Part shown: positions 1-9,730 of the stretch, in pieces | How the letters are laid out: the number at the start of each line of letters is the position of its first letter | How positions within the stretch are numbered: the first letter of the stretch is position 1 | Source: Gammaproteobacteria bacterium | GTDB taxonomy: Bacteria > Pseudomonadota > Gammaproteobacteria > Natronospirales > REEB76 | Length of the DNA: 64,000 nt | NCBI GenBank assembly: GCA_028870845.1 | Contig: JAGWOR010000002.1 | Coordinates: 51,624 to 115,623, forward strand | Direction: 5' to 3' | The notes under the pieces: generated by a model | The model's input: the letters and a program-made list of their open reading frames with translations, nothing else | Told to the model about the DNA's origin: nothing | Databases searched by the model: none | Made by a program: the position numbers and the translations under genes

Positions 1-914
1 GCGGAGACTTTTTGCGTGAGCTTGCCCACAAACTCGGCATAGACGTCTTGCTGGATATAAATGCGTTCCACAGCCGCACAGGTTTGACCGGCATTGGACA
101 AGCCAGCCCAGACAGCGCCATTAGCGGCCCTTTCCAAGTCGGCATCCGCGCAGACGATCATGGCATCTTTACCGCCAAGTTCAACTGATATCGGGGTCAG
201 CGTGCGGGCGGCTTTCTCCAGCAACAGCTTGCCAACCGGCACGGAACCCGTGAAGAACAGTTTGTCCACGCCGCTGCCCGGTTGCAGCAGCAAGTCGCCT
301 GCCGGCGGTCCGTCAATATGGATATGAGAGAACACGCCGGCTGGAATTCCACTCTCGCGGAACATGCGCTGCAGAAACACGCCGACAGCGACCGTTTCCG
401 GCGCGGTTTTGAACACCACCGTATTGCCGGCCAGCAGCGCCGGTACGATTTCATGCATTGGAATTCCGAGCGGATAGTTCCATGGCGAGATGATGCCGAT
501 CACGCCCCAGGGAACGCGAATCACGCTGCTGCTTTTGCCGAAGAACAGCCATGACCCGTTTTTTAGACGCTTTGGTTTGAGGTATTTCCATGCGTGCTTT
601 TCATACCAGCGGCACCCGGCAACAGTCGGCAGGACTTCAGTCGCGAGTGCGTCGAGCCGGGTTTTGCCCACACAGTTGGAGATTAACGTGGAGAACTCAT
701 CCATGTGCGCCAATATCCAGCGGCGCAATTCACGCACAATCTCCCGGCGTTGCGATAGCGGCAACGCGGCCCACTCAGGCTGGGCATCGCGGGCCAGGCG
801 CAGCGTGGCACGCACTTCTTCGGCGGTTTGCCATGGGAAACGGCCGATAAGTTCCCCAGTGGCCGGATTGCGCAGGGTGACCCCGGGTGCATCTGAAGCT
901 GTGGTCTCACTCAT
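1..914 (-). CDS. NAD(P)+-dependent aldehyde dehydrogenase, 3' end beyond the window edge (resembles diapolycopene-dialdehyde dehydrogenase-like ALDHs)
   Basis: Not in the ORF track. Translated by hand from ATG 914: MSETTASDAPGVTLRNPATGE...GVIGIISPWNYP...KLFFTGSVPVG...ELGGKDAMIVCADADLERAANGAVWAGLSNAGQTCAAVERIY, with catalytic Glu and Cys motifs; open to position 1. Confidence 0.93.
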   Translation of the reverse strand, partial: MSETTASDAPGVTLRNPATGELIGRFPWQTAEEVRATLRLARDAQPEWAALPLSQRREIVRELRRWILAHMDEFSTLISNCVGKTRLDALATEVLPTVAGCRWYEKHAWKYLKPKRLKNGSWLFFGKSSSVIRVPWGVIGIISPWNYPLGIPMHEIVPALLAGNTVVFKTAPETVAVGVFLQRMFRESGIPAGVFSHIHIDGPPAGDLLLQPGSGVDKLFFTGSVPVGKLLLEKAARTLTPISVELGGKDAMIVCADADLERAANGAVWAGLSNAGQTCAAVERIYIQQDVYAEFVGKLTQKVS

Positions 915-936
915 AAGCCTGCAGCACCCAATGGTT

Positions 937-1587
937 TCAGAAGATGAATTGTGTATTTTGCAGGATTACATCAAAAGCGATGATTGCACGGTCACCGCTA
1001 CCTTTAAAAGGATACACGTAGTGTATGTAGTAAGGCGGAAACAAGATCAGGTCACCGGCGCGAGGATTAAGCCGGCGTGTCAGGCTTACACCATGGTGGT
1101 GGGCGACCGGATGTGGATTGAGAAATTCTATGCAGCCTTCTGGCTCCGGCTTTTCCGGCATGTTCAGGTAATACACTCCGCTGGCCAGATTGCCGGCGCT
1201 GGGATGCATGTGGGGCGCCTGCCAATCGCCAGCAGACAGTATATTTGCCCATGAGGTTATCCGGGTACGCCCGGATTCCACCTGTTTGTCATAGGCATAC
1301 TCGAGATAGTCGGTGATGCCAGGCAGGATTATTGCATCGCGCAGATCGCGAATGCCTGGTTCCGTGCGGTCCAGGAACATCATCTTTTTAGAGGTCTGAT
1401 AGCCGCCATAGGTTGTAATAGTGCCGGACAGGGCTTCATTCTCGACGCTGTCCTTGACATGCAGGTCCCGCAGCTTGGCAAGGATTCCGAGTACATCACG
1501 GTTGATTGGTTCTGCTCCCGCATGATGTCTCACCATAACGCGGATCGGGAAATGGTCTTCGAAGCGGGTATCGCGCTGAATATTCAT
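937..1587 (-). CDS. Putative 2OG-Fe(II) oxygenase, TIGR02466 / 2OG-FeII_Oxy_5-like
   Basis: WANIL..GDWQAPHMHP...SGVYYL...IEFLNP...P.AGDLILFP.Y.IHYV.P....R..IAF family pattern. Confidence 0.8.
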   Translation of the reverse strand: MNIQRDTRFEDHFPIRVMVRHHAGAEPINRDVLGILAKLRDLHVKDSVENEALSGTITTYGGYQTSKKMMFLDRTEPGIRDLRDAIILPGITDYLEYAYDKQVESGRTRITSWANILSAGDWQAPHMHPSAGNLASGVYYLNMPEKPEPEGCIEFLNPHPVAHHHGVSLTRRLNPRAGDLILFPPYYIHYVYPFKGSGDRAIIAFDVILQNTQFIF

Positions 1588-1594
1588 TGGGTTC

Positions 1595-3967
1595 TTATTT
1601 TACTGCGCCGGAAAGATACAGCCAGGTTTCCACTACGGTATCCGGATTAAGCGAAATGCTTTCGATGCCCTGATCCAGCAGCCAGCGCGCCAGATCCGGA
1701 TGATCCGATGGGCCCTGGCCGCAGATGCCGATGTATTTTTTGTGCTTGCGACATGCCTGGATCGCCATGGACAGCATGGATTTGACCGCATCGTTGCGTT
1801 CGTCGAACAGATGCGCGATCACGCCTGAATCACGGTCCAAACCAAGCGTAAGCTGCGTCATGTCATTGGAACCGATTGAAAAGCCGTCGAAATACTCAAG
1901 AAATTTCTCCGCCAACACGGCATTTGACGGCAGTTCGCACATCATGATGAGTTTGAGGCCGTGCAGACCGCGTTTCAGGCCGTTGGCCGCCAGCAGCTCG
2001 GTGACCTGGCGGGCTTCCTCTACAGTGCGCACAAACGGGATCATCACCTGGACATTGTCCAGACCCATATCCTCGCGTACCCGGCGTAGCGCGCGGCATT
2101 CCAGTTCAAAACAGTCACGGAACTGCTGTGCGATGTAGCGGGATGCGCCACGGAAACCCAGCATGGGGTTTTCCTCGTGAGGTTCGTACTGGCGGCCGCC
2201 AATCAGGTTGGCATATTCGTTGGATTTAAAGTCGGAGGTGCGCACGATCACCGGTTCCGGTGCGAAGGCTGCAGCAATGGTGGCGATACCTTCGGCCAGT
2301 CTTTCTGTGTAAAAGCTGACTGCATCTTTGTAGCCTGCAATCTGGTCACTGATCTGGCGTTTGATATCCGTAGGCTGTGAATCCAAGTTGAGCAGTGCCT
2401 TGGGATGTATGCCAATCATGCGGTTAATGATGAATTCCAGCCTGGCCAGGCCCACGCCCTTGTTGGGTAACATGGCGAAGCCAAAAGCCCGCTCAGGATT
2501 GCCCACATTCATCATGATTTTGAGCGGCGCTTCGGGCATGTTATTCAGGCTGATATGGCGGTGCTCGAAAGCAAGTTTACCGGCGTATATGTAGCCGGTA
2601 TCGCCTTCTGCGCAGGACACGGTGACCGGCTCGCCGTCACTGATTCTGGCGGTGGCGTCACCGCAGCCGACCACAGCGGGTATGCCGAGTTCCCGGGCAA
2701 TGATCGCCGCATGGCAGGTCCGGCCACCGCGGTTGGTGACGATCGCCGCAGCGCGCTTCATAATCGGTTCCCAATCGGGGTCGGTCATGTCCGTGACCAG
2801 CACGTCGCCCTCCAGGATATGGTTCATTTCCTTGATGTTGTTGATTATCTTGGCGGTGCCAGCGCCGATTTTTTGGCCGATACTGCGGCCCTCGGCCAAC
2901 ACCGCGCCTCGTGATTTCAGAGCGTAACGTTCAATGCTGTGTGTTTGCCGGCTTTTAACCGTCTCCGGGCGGGCCTGCAGGATGTACATCCTGCCGTCAT
3001 TGCCGTCCTTGGCCCATTCAATATCCATGGGCCTGGCGTAATGCTTTTCGATGATTAGCGCCTGATTTGCCAGTGCCGTCACTTCGTCGTCATTCAGGCA
3101 GAAGCGCGCACGCGCCTCCGCATGCACCTCGATGGTCTTGACGGTCTGGCCGATGCTCTTGCCGTCGCCATAGATCATCATGTTGGCCTTGCTGCCGAGA
3201 CTGCGTCGTACAATGGGAAATTTTCCGGCGGCCAACGCCGGTTTATACACATAGAACTCATCCGGATTCACCGCTCCTTGCACCACGGTTTCACCAAGTC
3301 CATAGGAAGCGGTAATGAAAATCACCTTGTCGAAACCGGATTCGGTATCCAAGGTGAACATCACGCCCGAGGCGCCCAGATCGCTGCGTACCATGCGCTG
3401 AATGCCCGCTGAAAGCGCTACATTTGCGTGCTCGAAACCATGATGCACCCGGTATGCGATGGCCCGGTCATTGAACAACGAGGCAAAAACCTGCTTGACA
3501 GACTGCAATACTGCGTCGATGCCGCGTACATTCAGTACGGTCTCCTGCTGTCCGGCGAAGGAGGCATCCGGTAGGTCCTCCGCGGTGGCCGAGGAGCGCA
3601 CTGCGACGGAGATTTCCTTGCCTGCCTGCCGAATCAATGCTGCATATGCGCTTCGGATTGCCTGTTCCAGACCGGCGGGAAAGGCAAGGGCGGAGACCCA
3701 TTCGCGGATTCGGGCGCCGGTCTCGGCCAGCTTTACCACATCATCCACGTTGAGCTTGGACAGTTCCGATTTAATCCTTGCGTCCATGCCGTCATGCGCC
3801 AGAAATTCACGATAGGCGTCCGCAGTGGTGGCAAAGCCGCCTGGCACCGACACACCCAGTCTGGTTAAATGACTGATCATTTCGCCCAGGGATGCGTTCT
3901 TCCCGCCTACCTTGTCGACGTCCCGCATGCCGAGGTTTTCAAATCCGATCACAAAGCGCTGGTCCAT
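1595..3967 (-). CDS. ppsA: Phosphoenolpyruvate synthase
   Basis: [44 protein letters not shown] phospho-His motif, ENPMLGFRG; start set at ATG 3967 (AAGGA SD). Confidence 0.97.
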   Translation of the reverse strand: MDQRFVIGFENLGMRDVDKVGGKNASLGEMISHLTRLGVSVPGGFATTADAYREFLAHDGMDARIKSELSKLNVDDVVKLAETGARIREWVSALAFPAGLEQAIRSAYAALIRQAGKEISVAVRSSATAEDLPDASFAGQQETVLNVRGIDAVLQSVKQVFASLFNDRAIAYRVHHGFEHANVALSAGIQRMVRSDLGASGVMFTLDTESGFDKVIFITASYGLGETVVQGAVNPDEFYVYKPALAAGKFPIVRRSLGSKANMMIYGDGKSIGQTVKTIEVHAEARARFCLNDDEVTALANQALIIEKHYARPMDIEWAKDGNDGRMYILQARPETVKSRQTHSIERYALKSRGAVLAEGRSIGQKIGAGTAKIINNIKEMNHILEGDVLVTDMTDPDWEPIMKRAAAIVTNRGGRTCHAAIIARELGIPAVVGCGDATARISDGEPVTVSCAEGDTGYIYAGKLAFEHRHISLNNMPEAPLKIMMNVGNPERAFGFAMLPNKGVGLARLEFIINRMIGIHPKALLNLDSQPTDIKRQISDQIAGYKDAVSFYTERLAEGIATIAAAFAPEPVIVRTSDFKSNEYANLIGGRQYEPHEENPMLGFRGASRYIAQQFRDCFELECRALRRVREDMGLDNVQVMIPFVRTVEEARQVTELLAANGLKRGLHGLKLIMMCELPSNAVLAEKFLEYFDGFSIGSNDMTQLTLGLDRDSGVIAHLFDERNDAVKSMLSMAIQACRKHKKYIGICGQGPSDHPDLARWLLDQGIESISLNPDTVVETWLYLSGAVK

Positions 3968-4074
3968 CGTTGTGTCCTTAATGGCCTGTGACAAGGTTAC
4001 TGGCTGTATACTGAAGCACCGGATGACTCCCGGTATCGGCGCAACTCAAACCAGTTCCGTCCCTACGGTAAAGT

Positions 4075-4896
4075 ATGGAAAAGAAACGAACGGTATTCTT
4101 TGTGTCGGATCGCACCGGCATCACAGCGGAAGCCCTGGGGCGCAGTCTCATGAGTCAGTTCAATGGTGACGGTTTCAGGCAAATCACTTTGCCATTTATC
4201 GCCAATCTTGACAAGGCGAATCAAGCAGTCGAACGGATTAATTCCGCGGGCAAAGACCAGGGTTTGCGGCCAATCGTATTCAGCACCATCGTAGATGACG
4301 AGGTACGGACGGTCATTGAGCGCAGCGATGCCCTGTATCTGGACTTTTTCAAGACCTTCATCGGACCGCTGGAAAGTGAACTGGGGATGCGCTCGTCGCA
4401 TACGGTTGGCCGGGCGCATGCTTCAGCGGACAACGCCGCCTATATCCAGCGAATCGAGGCGGTCAATTTCGCCCTGGCAAACGATGACGGCATCAGCACC
4501 AAACGCTATCCCGAGGCCGATGTGATACTGGTGGGGGTGTCACGTTCGGGAAAGACCCCGACCTGCCTGTACCTCGCGCTGCAATTCGGGATCTATGCGG
4601 GCAACTATCCCTTAATCGAGGACGACCTCAAACGTGGCAAGCTGCCTGATGTGCTGGTGCCATTCTTGCCCAAGCTTTATGGCCTTACCATCGAGCCGAC
4701 ACGCCTGCAGCAGATCCGTTACCATCGCCGGCCAGACAGCCGCTATGCTTCAGCCGATCAGGTGCACTATGAAGTGGAGAAGGCGGAGGACATATTCAAG
4801 GCGGTAGGTGTGCCGTATATGAATACCACGCACCCATCCATAGAGGAAATTGCCACTACCGTTCTGCATCAAACCGGCATCCAGCGCCGTTTCTGA
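4075..4896 (+). CDS. ppsR: PEP synthase regulatory protein (kinase/pyrophosphorylase, DUF299)
   Basis: VFFVSDRTGITAE, ILVGVSRSGKTPTCLYLA; divergent from ppsA. Confidence 0.95.
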   Translation: MEKKRTVFFVSDRTGITAEALGRSLMSQFNGDGFRQITLPFIANLDKANQAVERINSAGKDQGLRPIVFSTIVDDEVRTVIERSDALYLDFFKTFIGPLESELGMRSSHTVGRAHASADNAAYIQRIEAVNFALANDDGISTKRYPEADVILVGVSRSGKTPTCLYLALQFGIYAGNYPLIEDDLKRGKLPDVLVPFLPKLYGLTIEPTRLQQIRYHRRPDSRYASADQVHYEVEKAEDIFKAVGVPYMNTTHPSIEEIATTVLHQTGIQRRF

Positions 4897-4900
4897 GGGG

Positions 4901-6535
4901 TCAGATCACTGCGGATGGGGATTGGATGCCCTGGGTATCAAGCCGTGCCAGTGATTGCGCCATGCGCGAAAGCGGAGCCAGCACAGCGCTGCGGGTTTGT
5001 GAATGTTGCGCCGCGTCCGGCAGGTACTGTTCCAGGTAGATTCGCAATGTCGCTCCACGCGTGCCGGTACCGGAAAGACGGTATACGATGCGTCCGCCAC
5101 CAGCCGTAGTCACCCATATGCCCTGATTGTGGCTGATGCTGCCGTCCACTGGATCATGGTATGTAAAGTTTTCTGCGTTGCGTACCGTGACTCCTGCCAC
5201 GGTTTCATCCGGCAAGCCGCCGACACGCGAACTCAAAAGCCGCATGAGTGCCTGAGCCTGGGCCGCATCACTGATGTAATAGTCTTCGCGTTGGAAAAAA
5301 TCGCGGCCATATTCCTGCCAATGCCGGGTAAGGATCATGCCGACGTTTTCCGAGCGCACCGCGATGAGGTTGAGCCAAAACAAGATCGCCCATAACCCGT
5401 CTTTCTCCCGGGCATGGTTGCTGCCGGTACCGAAGCTCTCCTCTCCGCACAAACTCACCTTTCCGGCATCCAGCAGGTTGCAAAAAAAACGCCAGCCAGT
5501 GGGTGTCTCATAGCACGGGATGCCGAGCTTCTCTGCAACACGGTCCACGGCATGGCTGGTGGGCATGGAACGTGCCACGCCGATCAGGCCTGATGCATAC
5601 CCGGGCACCAGATGTGCGTTTGCTGTCAGAACCGCAAGACTGTCACCGGGGGACACCAGCATTTTGCGGCCGATGATCATGTTGCGGTCGCCGTCGCCAT
5701 CCGAAGCAGCGCCGAAATCGGGGCTGTCTTCTGCACTGAATAATTTGATGAGACCGGGCATCTCCAGAGGGTTGGGGTCGGGGTGAACCCCGGCAAAATC
5801 CTCCATGGGTGTGCCATGGATGACCGTGCCTGGCCGGGCGCCCAGGCGTTTTTCAAAAATTTCCACTGCGTATGGGCCGGTAACTGCATGCATGGCGTCA
5901 AAATGCATTTGGAAAGTAGCGGATCTGAGTAGCGCACGGATAATCTCAAAATCAAAAAGATTTTCCATTACACCGGCATAGTGGGCGATGGGGTCAATGA
6001 TTTCGATGGACATGCTGCCCAGTTGCTGGCTGCCGATGCGGTTCAAGTCGATCGCGGAAGTTACATCAAGCATCCGGTAATGGGTTATTGCCCGGCTGCG
6101 CTGGTAAATGGAGTTGCAGTTAGCTTCAGTTGCCTGGCCGCCGTTGGCCAGGTTAAGTTTGATGCCGAAATCGCCTTGTTGGCCTCCCGGGTTATGGCTG
6201 GCGGTAAAAATAAACCCGCCAGCGGCCCGCAGATGCGTTATCAGCATGGAAGCAGCAGGAGTCGATAATAGACCACCGCGGCCGATGATTGATTTCTTTA
6301 CGCCATTGGCAGCCGCCATCTTGAGCAGGGTGCCGATGGCTTCACGGTTGAAATATCTGCCGTCGCCCCCGATGACCAGTGTTCCGGATATCAGCGATGG
6401 TATTGCATCGAAACACGCTTGAATGTAATTCTCCAGGTAGTGGGGTTGCTGGAATGCGCGCACCGATTTGCGCAGACCGGCGGTACCGGGATTCTGGTCG
6501 ATGAAGGGACGCGTGGAAACGGTGGCAATTTTCAT
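4901..6535 (-). CDS. pgm: Phosphoglucomutase
   Basis: PGTAGLRK, TASHNPGG phospho-Ser loop, DGDGDRN metal loop, CGEESFG. Confidence 0.95.
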   Translation of the reverse strand: MKIATVSTRPFIDQNPGTAGLRKSVRAFQQPHYLENYIQACFDAIPSLISGTLVIGGDGRYFNREAIGTLLKMAAANGVKKSIIGRGGLLSTPAASMLITHLRAAGGFIFTASHNPGGQQGDFGIKLNLANGGQATEANCNSIYQRSRAITHYRMLDVTSAIDLNRIGSQQLGSMSIEIIDPIAHYAGVMENLFDFEIIRALLRSATFQMHFDAMHAVTGPYAVEIFEKRLGARPGTVIHGTPMEDFAGVHPDPNPLEMPGLIKLFSAEDSPDFGAASDGDGDRNMIIGRKMLVSPGDSLAVLTANAHLVPGYASGLIGVARSMPTSHAVDRVAEKLGIPCYETPTGWRFFCNLLDAGKVSLCGEESFGTGSNHAREKDGLWAILFWLNLIAVRSENVGMILTRHWQEYGRDFFQREDYYISDAAQAQALMRLLSSRVGGLPDETVAGVTVRNAENFTYHDPVDGSISHNQGIWVTTAGGGRIVYRLSGTGTRGATLRIYLEQYLPDAAQHSQTRSAVLAPLSRMAQSLARLDTQGIQSPSAVI

Positions 6536-6595
6536 CAGCAGCTGCTGTTTCGAAACGAGTACATGCCGGGTATTTGGCCTATGCTATAGTGAATC

Positions 6596-7042
6596 ATGCT
6601 CATTGAAACAGTAGAACAACGCATCCGATTGGTAAAGCCCCGCAGTTTTGCCGGGTTGATGACGCTGTATGAAGGCAACCATGCAAAAATGAGGCAACTG
6701 CTTGGTAACCTGCGGTATCTGCCCTCACAGCTCATGTCTAAAAGCGCCACCGATCTGAGTATTCACCTGTCATTGCATGGACGCAGCAAGTACACCTCGA
6801 CTTTATGCATGACCTACTGGTTTGATGATGATGTGAAATCAAGCGATCCGGAACTGGTGGTGCGCATCTATCACGATGCGCGTCTGGCGGAGGCGGTGAG
6901 TTGCCGCGAACATCCGCGGCATCCGGTATTCAACGGCGGCTGTTCCCCGGGAGCCAAGCCTATGGAAAAGCGCTGGTTGCTGAATATGCTGCTGTGTAAA
7001 TGGCTGGAGTACTGCATCGATCATCGCCATGTGTTTGTCTAG
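6596..7042 (+). CDS. DUF1249 (YqiB-like) protein
   Basis: LYE.N...L, KYTSTL, P.L.VRIYHDARLAE, KRW.LN..L.KWL.YC pattern. Confidence 0.8.
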   Translation: MLIETVEQRIRLVKPRSFAGLMTLYEGNHAKMRQLLGNLRYLPSQLMSKSATDLSIHLSLHGRSKYTSTLCMTYWFDDDVKSSDPELVVRIYHDARLAEAVSCREHPRHPVFNGGCSPGAKPMEKRWLLNMLLCKWLEYCIDHRHVFV

Positions 7043-7270
7043 TCGAGCGTCTGTCAGTCATCATATTCTGTCCAAGAAACAGGTTTGATACCTTTGATTC
7101 AGTTGAGCCTGCAAATCATGCATCCTGCATATTGACTAGCCATGTGCAAAAGTCCAAATTATCGGTTCCAATTGCGGATATCCCAGGCTGGCTCGATGAA
7201 TTTTCACCTCGGGCAGCTTGTTTATTTTCGAGATCCATCACAGAATTTGTAGAACCTGGAGGCAAATAAC

Positions 7271-8152
7271 ATGCTGAATTCAACTATCCACCGGACCGGG
7301 CTCTGTATTTTGGGAATGGCCGCCATCATGCTTGGGCTTTTTGGCTGCTCCAGTTCGCCAAAGGGATATACGCTGCTGGCCCAACTGCCGCCTAATTCCA
7401 AAGATCAACTTATCATGCAGGCGGCAATTGATGTTGAGGGCCAGGCGTGCAATGTCACGGTGCTTACATGGAGCACTGAGAGTCCCTGGAATCCGACCTG
7501 TACAGTCAACCAGGATCAGCCGACACACAAAAATTTCACAATTGACGGACAACAAGTGGATCTGGTCGGAGACGATGCGAATGGATTCAAGGTATCCAAT
7601 CAACTGTCTTTGAAAGTGCCGCTGCCCGCGACTGCCGCGCCGACGTCCAAAACCGCGGTTGCCGCCGCTATCGCTAAAGCAGTAAACAGTCCGAACCCGA
7701 AACCCAATGAAGTTAAAACGCCGACTGCAGCTCCAACGCCCGCAACTTCAGCAACGGCGGCTTCGGCAGCGCCCGGCCAGGCATTTCCAACACAATGGAA
7801 ACTTGCCTTATTCCCCGGCCATAGGCAGCTGGTGGCGCAAAACCTGGGTTATCTGGTGAAAAGCGCCGGCATTGACATCAACGGCAGTGCCTGCAAGTTA
7901 CAGGTGGTGTTCAAGGTGCGCTACCCGCCATATAACCTTGACTGTGTGGTTACCACCAACAAGCGCGGAGATCTGACCCTGTTGTTCAGCCCTTTCATTG
8001 TTGCAAACTCTGCTAAGAGCGCTACCAACAGCATCCTGTTGGTCTCTGAAGGCGAAAGTATCTCGGGCATCATTTGGGATTCGCATGGATTTGATTCCTG
8101 GACTCCGAGTGTGCCTCCTTCCTGGAGAGTCAAACCCAAATCCGGCAGCTAA
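7271..8152 (+). CDS. Hypothetical lipoprotein with two repeated beta-rich domains and an Ala/Pro/Thr linker
   Basis: GGAGG SD, hydrophobic signal ending LFGC (Cys26), internal repeat, downstream terminator. Confidence 0.8.
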   Translation: MLNSTIHRTGLCILGMAAIMLGLFGCSSSPKGYTLLAQLPPNSKDQLIMQAAIDVEGQACNVTVLTWSTESPWNPTCTVNQDQPTHKNFTIDGQQVDLVGDDANGFKVSNQLSLKVPLPATAAPTSKTAVAAAIAKAVNSPNPKPNEVKTPTAAPTPATSATAASAAPGQAFPTQWKLALFPGHRQLVAQNLGYLVKSAGIDINGSACKLQVVFKVRYPPYNLDCVVTTNKRGDLTLLFSPFIVANSAKSATNSILLVSEGESISGIIWDSHGFDSWTPSVPPSWRVKPKSGS

Positions 8153-8240
8153 GACTGGCCAGGCAGCAGAAATCCAAATAATGGATTGATGTCGGTGCTG
8201 CTTGACTAACTCGTAGAGTATCGACGTAAAAAACTCGAGC

Positions 8241-8277
8241 GCACGCGTATTCCTTCAGGGGTACGCGTGCTTTTTTT
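8241..8277 (+). terminator. Rho-independent terminator after the lipoprotein gene
   Basis: GCACGCGTATTCC-TTCA-GGGGTACGCGTGC followed by T7. Confidence 0.8.
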
Positions 8278-8598
8278 CGAGCGTAAATCTCCGGCGAACT
8301 TGGCTGCCTCTGCATGGTTTGTACGGCCGTGCCGGCACATTAAATTGCTGCGCCAACCGCACGGCAGTTGCGCACCAGGGCCGCAGGTACGGGTTGATTG
8401 CTGCTGTTTGTGCTGGTCAATTGAATATATAAACTACCTAAGCAGCGGATAACACGGTACTTTTTATGTGCTTCCATGCCGTATTCAAATTTATGTTAAG
8501 TTAAAGGCAAGCACGGTGCGCGGATTCTAGAGCCGGTTAGCGGCTCATGATGGAAACGGGCAGATCCACTAGCATTGACACTTTATCAGGTGCGGCAA

Positions 8599-9726
8599 AT
8601 GTCTCCGAAATACAAAAAACTCATCACCCGGAAAGACGACCCAGTTGATGCGTCAACCGCCGGCGCATCTCCCGCACACAACTCCAAACTCGTCGAATTA
8701 TTTGAAAACCGTAATTTGATCAAACGTGAGCTTGACCAGATAACTGCTGAGCGGGACTCGCTGAAAAACGAAGCAAAAGACCTGCGTGCCAGTAACGAGG
8801 AACTGCTTCGCCAGCTCAATAATCTTGAACAGATGCTGGCGGATGCAGAACGTGGCCAAAGTGCGATTGTTTATTACCGCTTGCGTGCCGTCTGGAACAC
8901 CTGTCGCCAGCAGCTTCTGGCTTTAGCGGAAGACCTGGGGGGGCGTTTCGAGAAGGCTGAACGCGGGGGCTTCGAGGAAAAAGTTGATAAGGATCGCGGC
9001 CGGCGTCTCGATGTGCTGACAGAGCAGTTCGACAAGCTGGAGCGAGAGCGTCGTAATTTGCGCAATAACCTCGGAGATCTGCAAAAGCAACTGCCGAACC
9101 TGCAGAAATTCTGGCATAAAAACAAGCGTGCTGAGATTCAGATTCAAATCGAAAAACTGACCAAACAGTTTAAACCCATTGAATCTAAAAAATTAGAACT
9201 GCTGGCTGCCATGGAGGAAATGCGCCGTGAAAAACAGCAGGCATGGCCGGGCATCAAGACCGCCTCGAAACGCACCGTAAATCTTTGGTTGCTGGGGCTC
9301 GCGCAGTATCTGTACCTGCATTTCAGGGAATACAATATCGCTGAAATGGCGCGTAGCGCGGGCACCAAGCCGGTATCCGACGTGAATTTCGGCTTGCTGA
9401 ACGACTGTTTGATCATCGGCAATCACATCTACGAGGTCGTAGTTAAGTTGCGCGGCGACAAAACCCGGCCTGAAAAACTGCGCTTCCGGGTCGAGCATTT
9501 GCGTCGCGGAGCGACTTACGCGAGTGATTCCGATACTGTACCTGATGAAGCCTGTCTTGATTATATTTCCCTGGCTTCACAGACTGCCCCCACAATCGAC
9601 GCCGAAGCCCAGCCGGTAGGGGTCAACATCCTGAGGATGAACTACTGGGATATCCAAGGAATTTTGCTGATGCCGCCGGCGCCAGCAAAATCCCAAGGTT
9701 CGCAGGATCAGCAAGCGGCTGATTGA
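8599..9726 (+). CDS. Hypothetical long coiled-coil protein
   Basis: 375-aa ORF with heptad-rich E/K/R/L segments; convergent with prc (4-bp gap); start ATG 8599 preferred over TTG 8575. Confidence 0.8.
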   Translation: MSPKYKKLITRKDDPVDASTAGASPAHNSKLVELFENRNLIKRELDQITAERDSLKNEAKDLRASNEELLRQLNNLEQMLADAERGQSAIVYYRLRAVWNTCRQQLLALAEDLGGRFEKAERGGFEEKVDKDRGRRLDVLTEQFDKLERERRNLRNNLGDLQKQLPNLQKFWHKNKRAEIQIQIEKLTKQFKPIESKKLELLAAMEEMRREKQQAWPGIKTASKRTVNLWLLGLAQYLYLHFREYNIAEMARSAGTKPVSDVNFGLLNDCLIIGNHIYEVVVKLRGDKTRPEKLRFRVEHLRRGATYASDSDTVPDEACLDYISLASQTAPTIDAEAQPVGVNILRMNYWDIQGILLMPPAPAKSQGSQDQQAAD

Positions 9727-9730
9727 CCTG

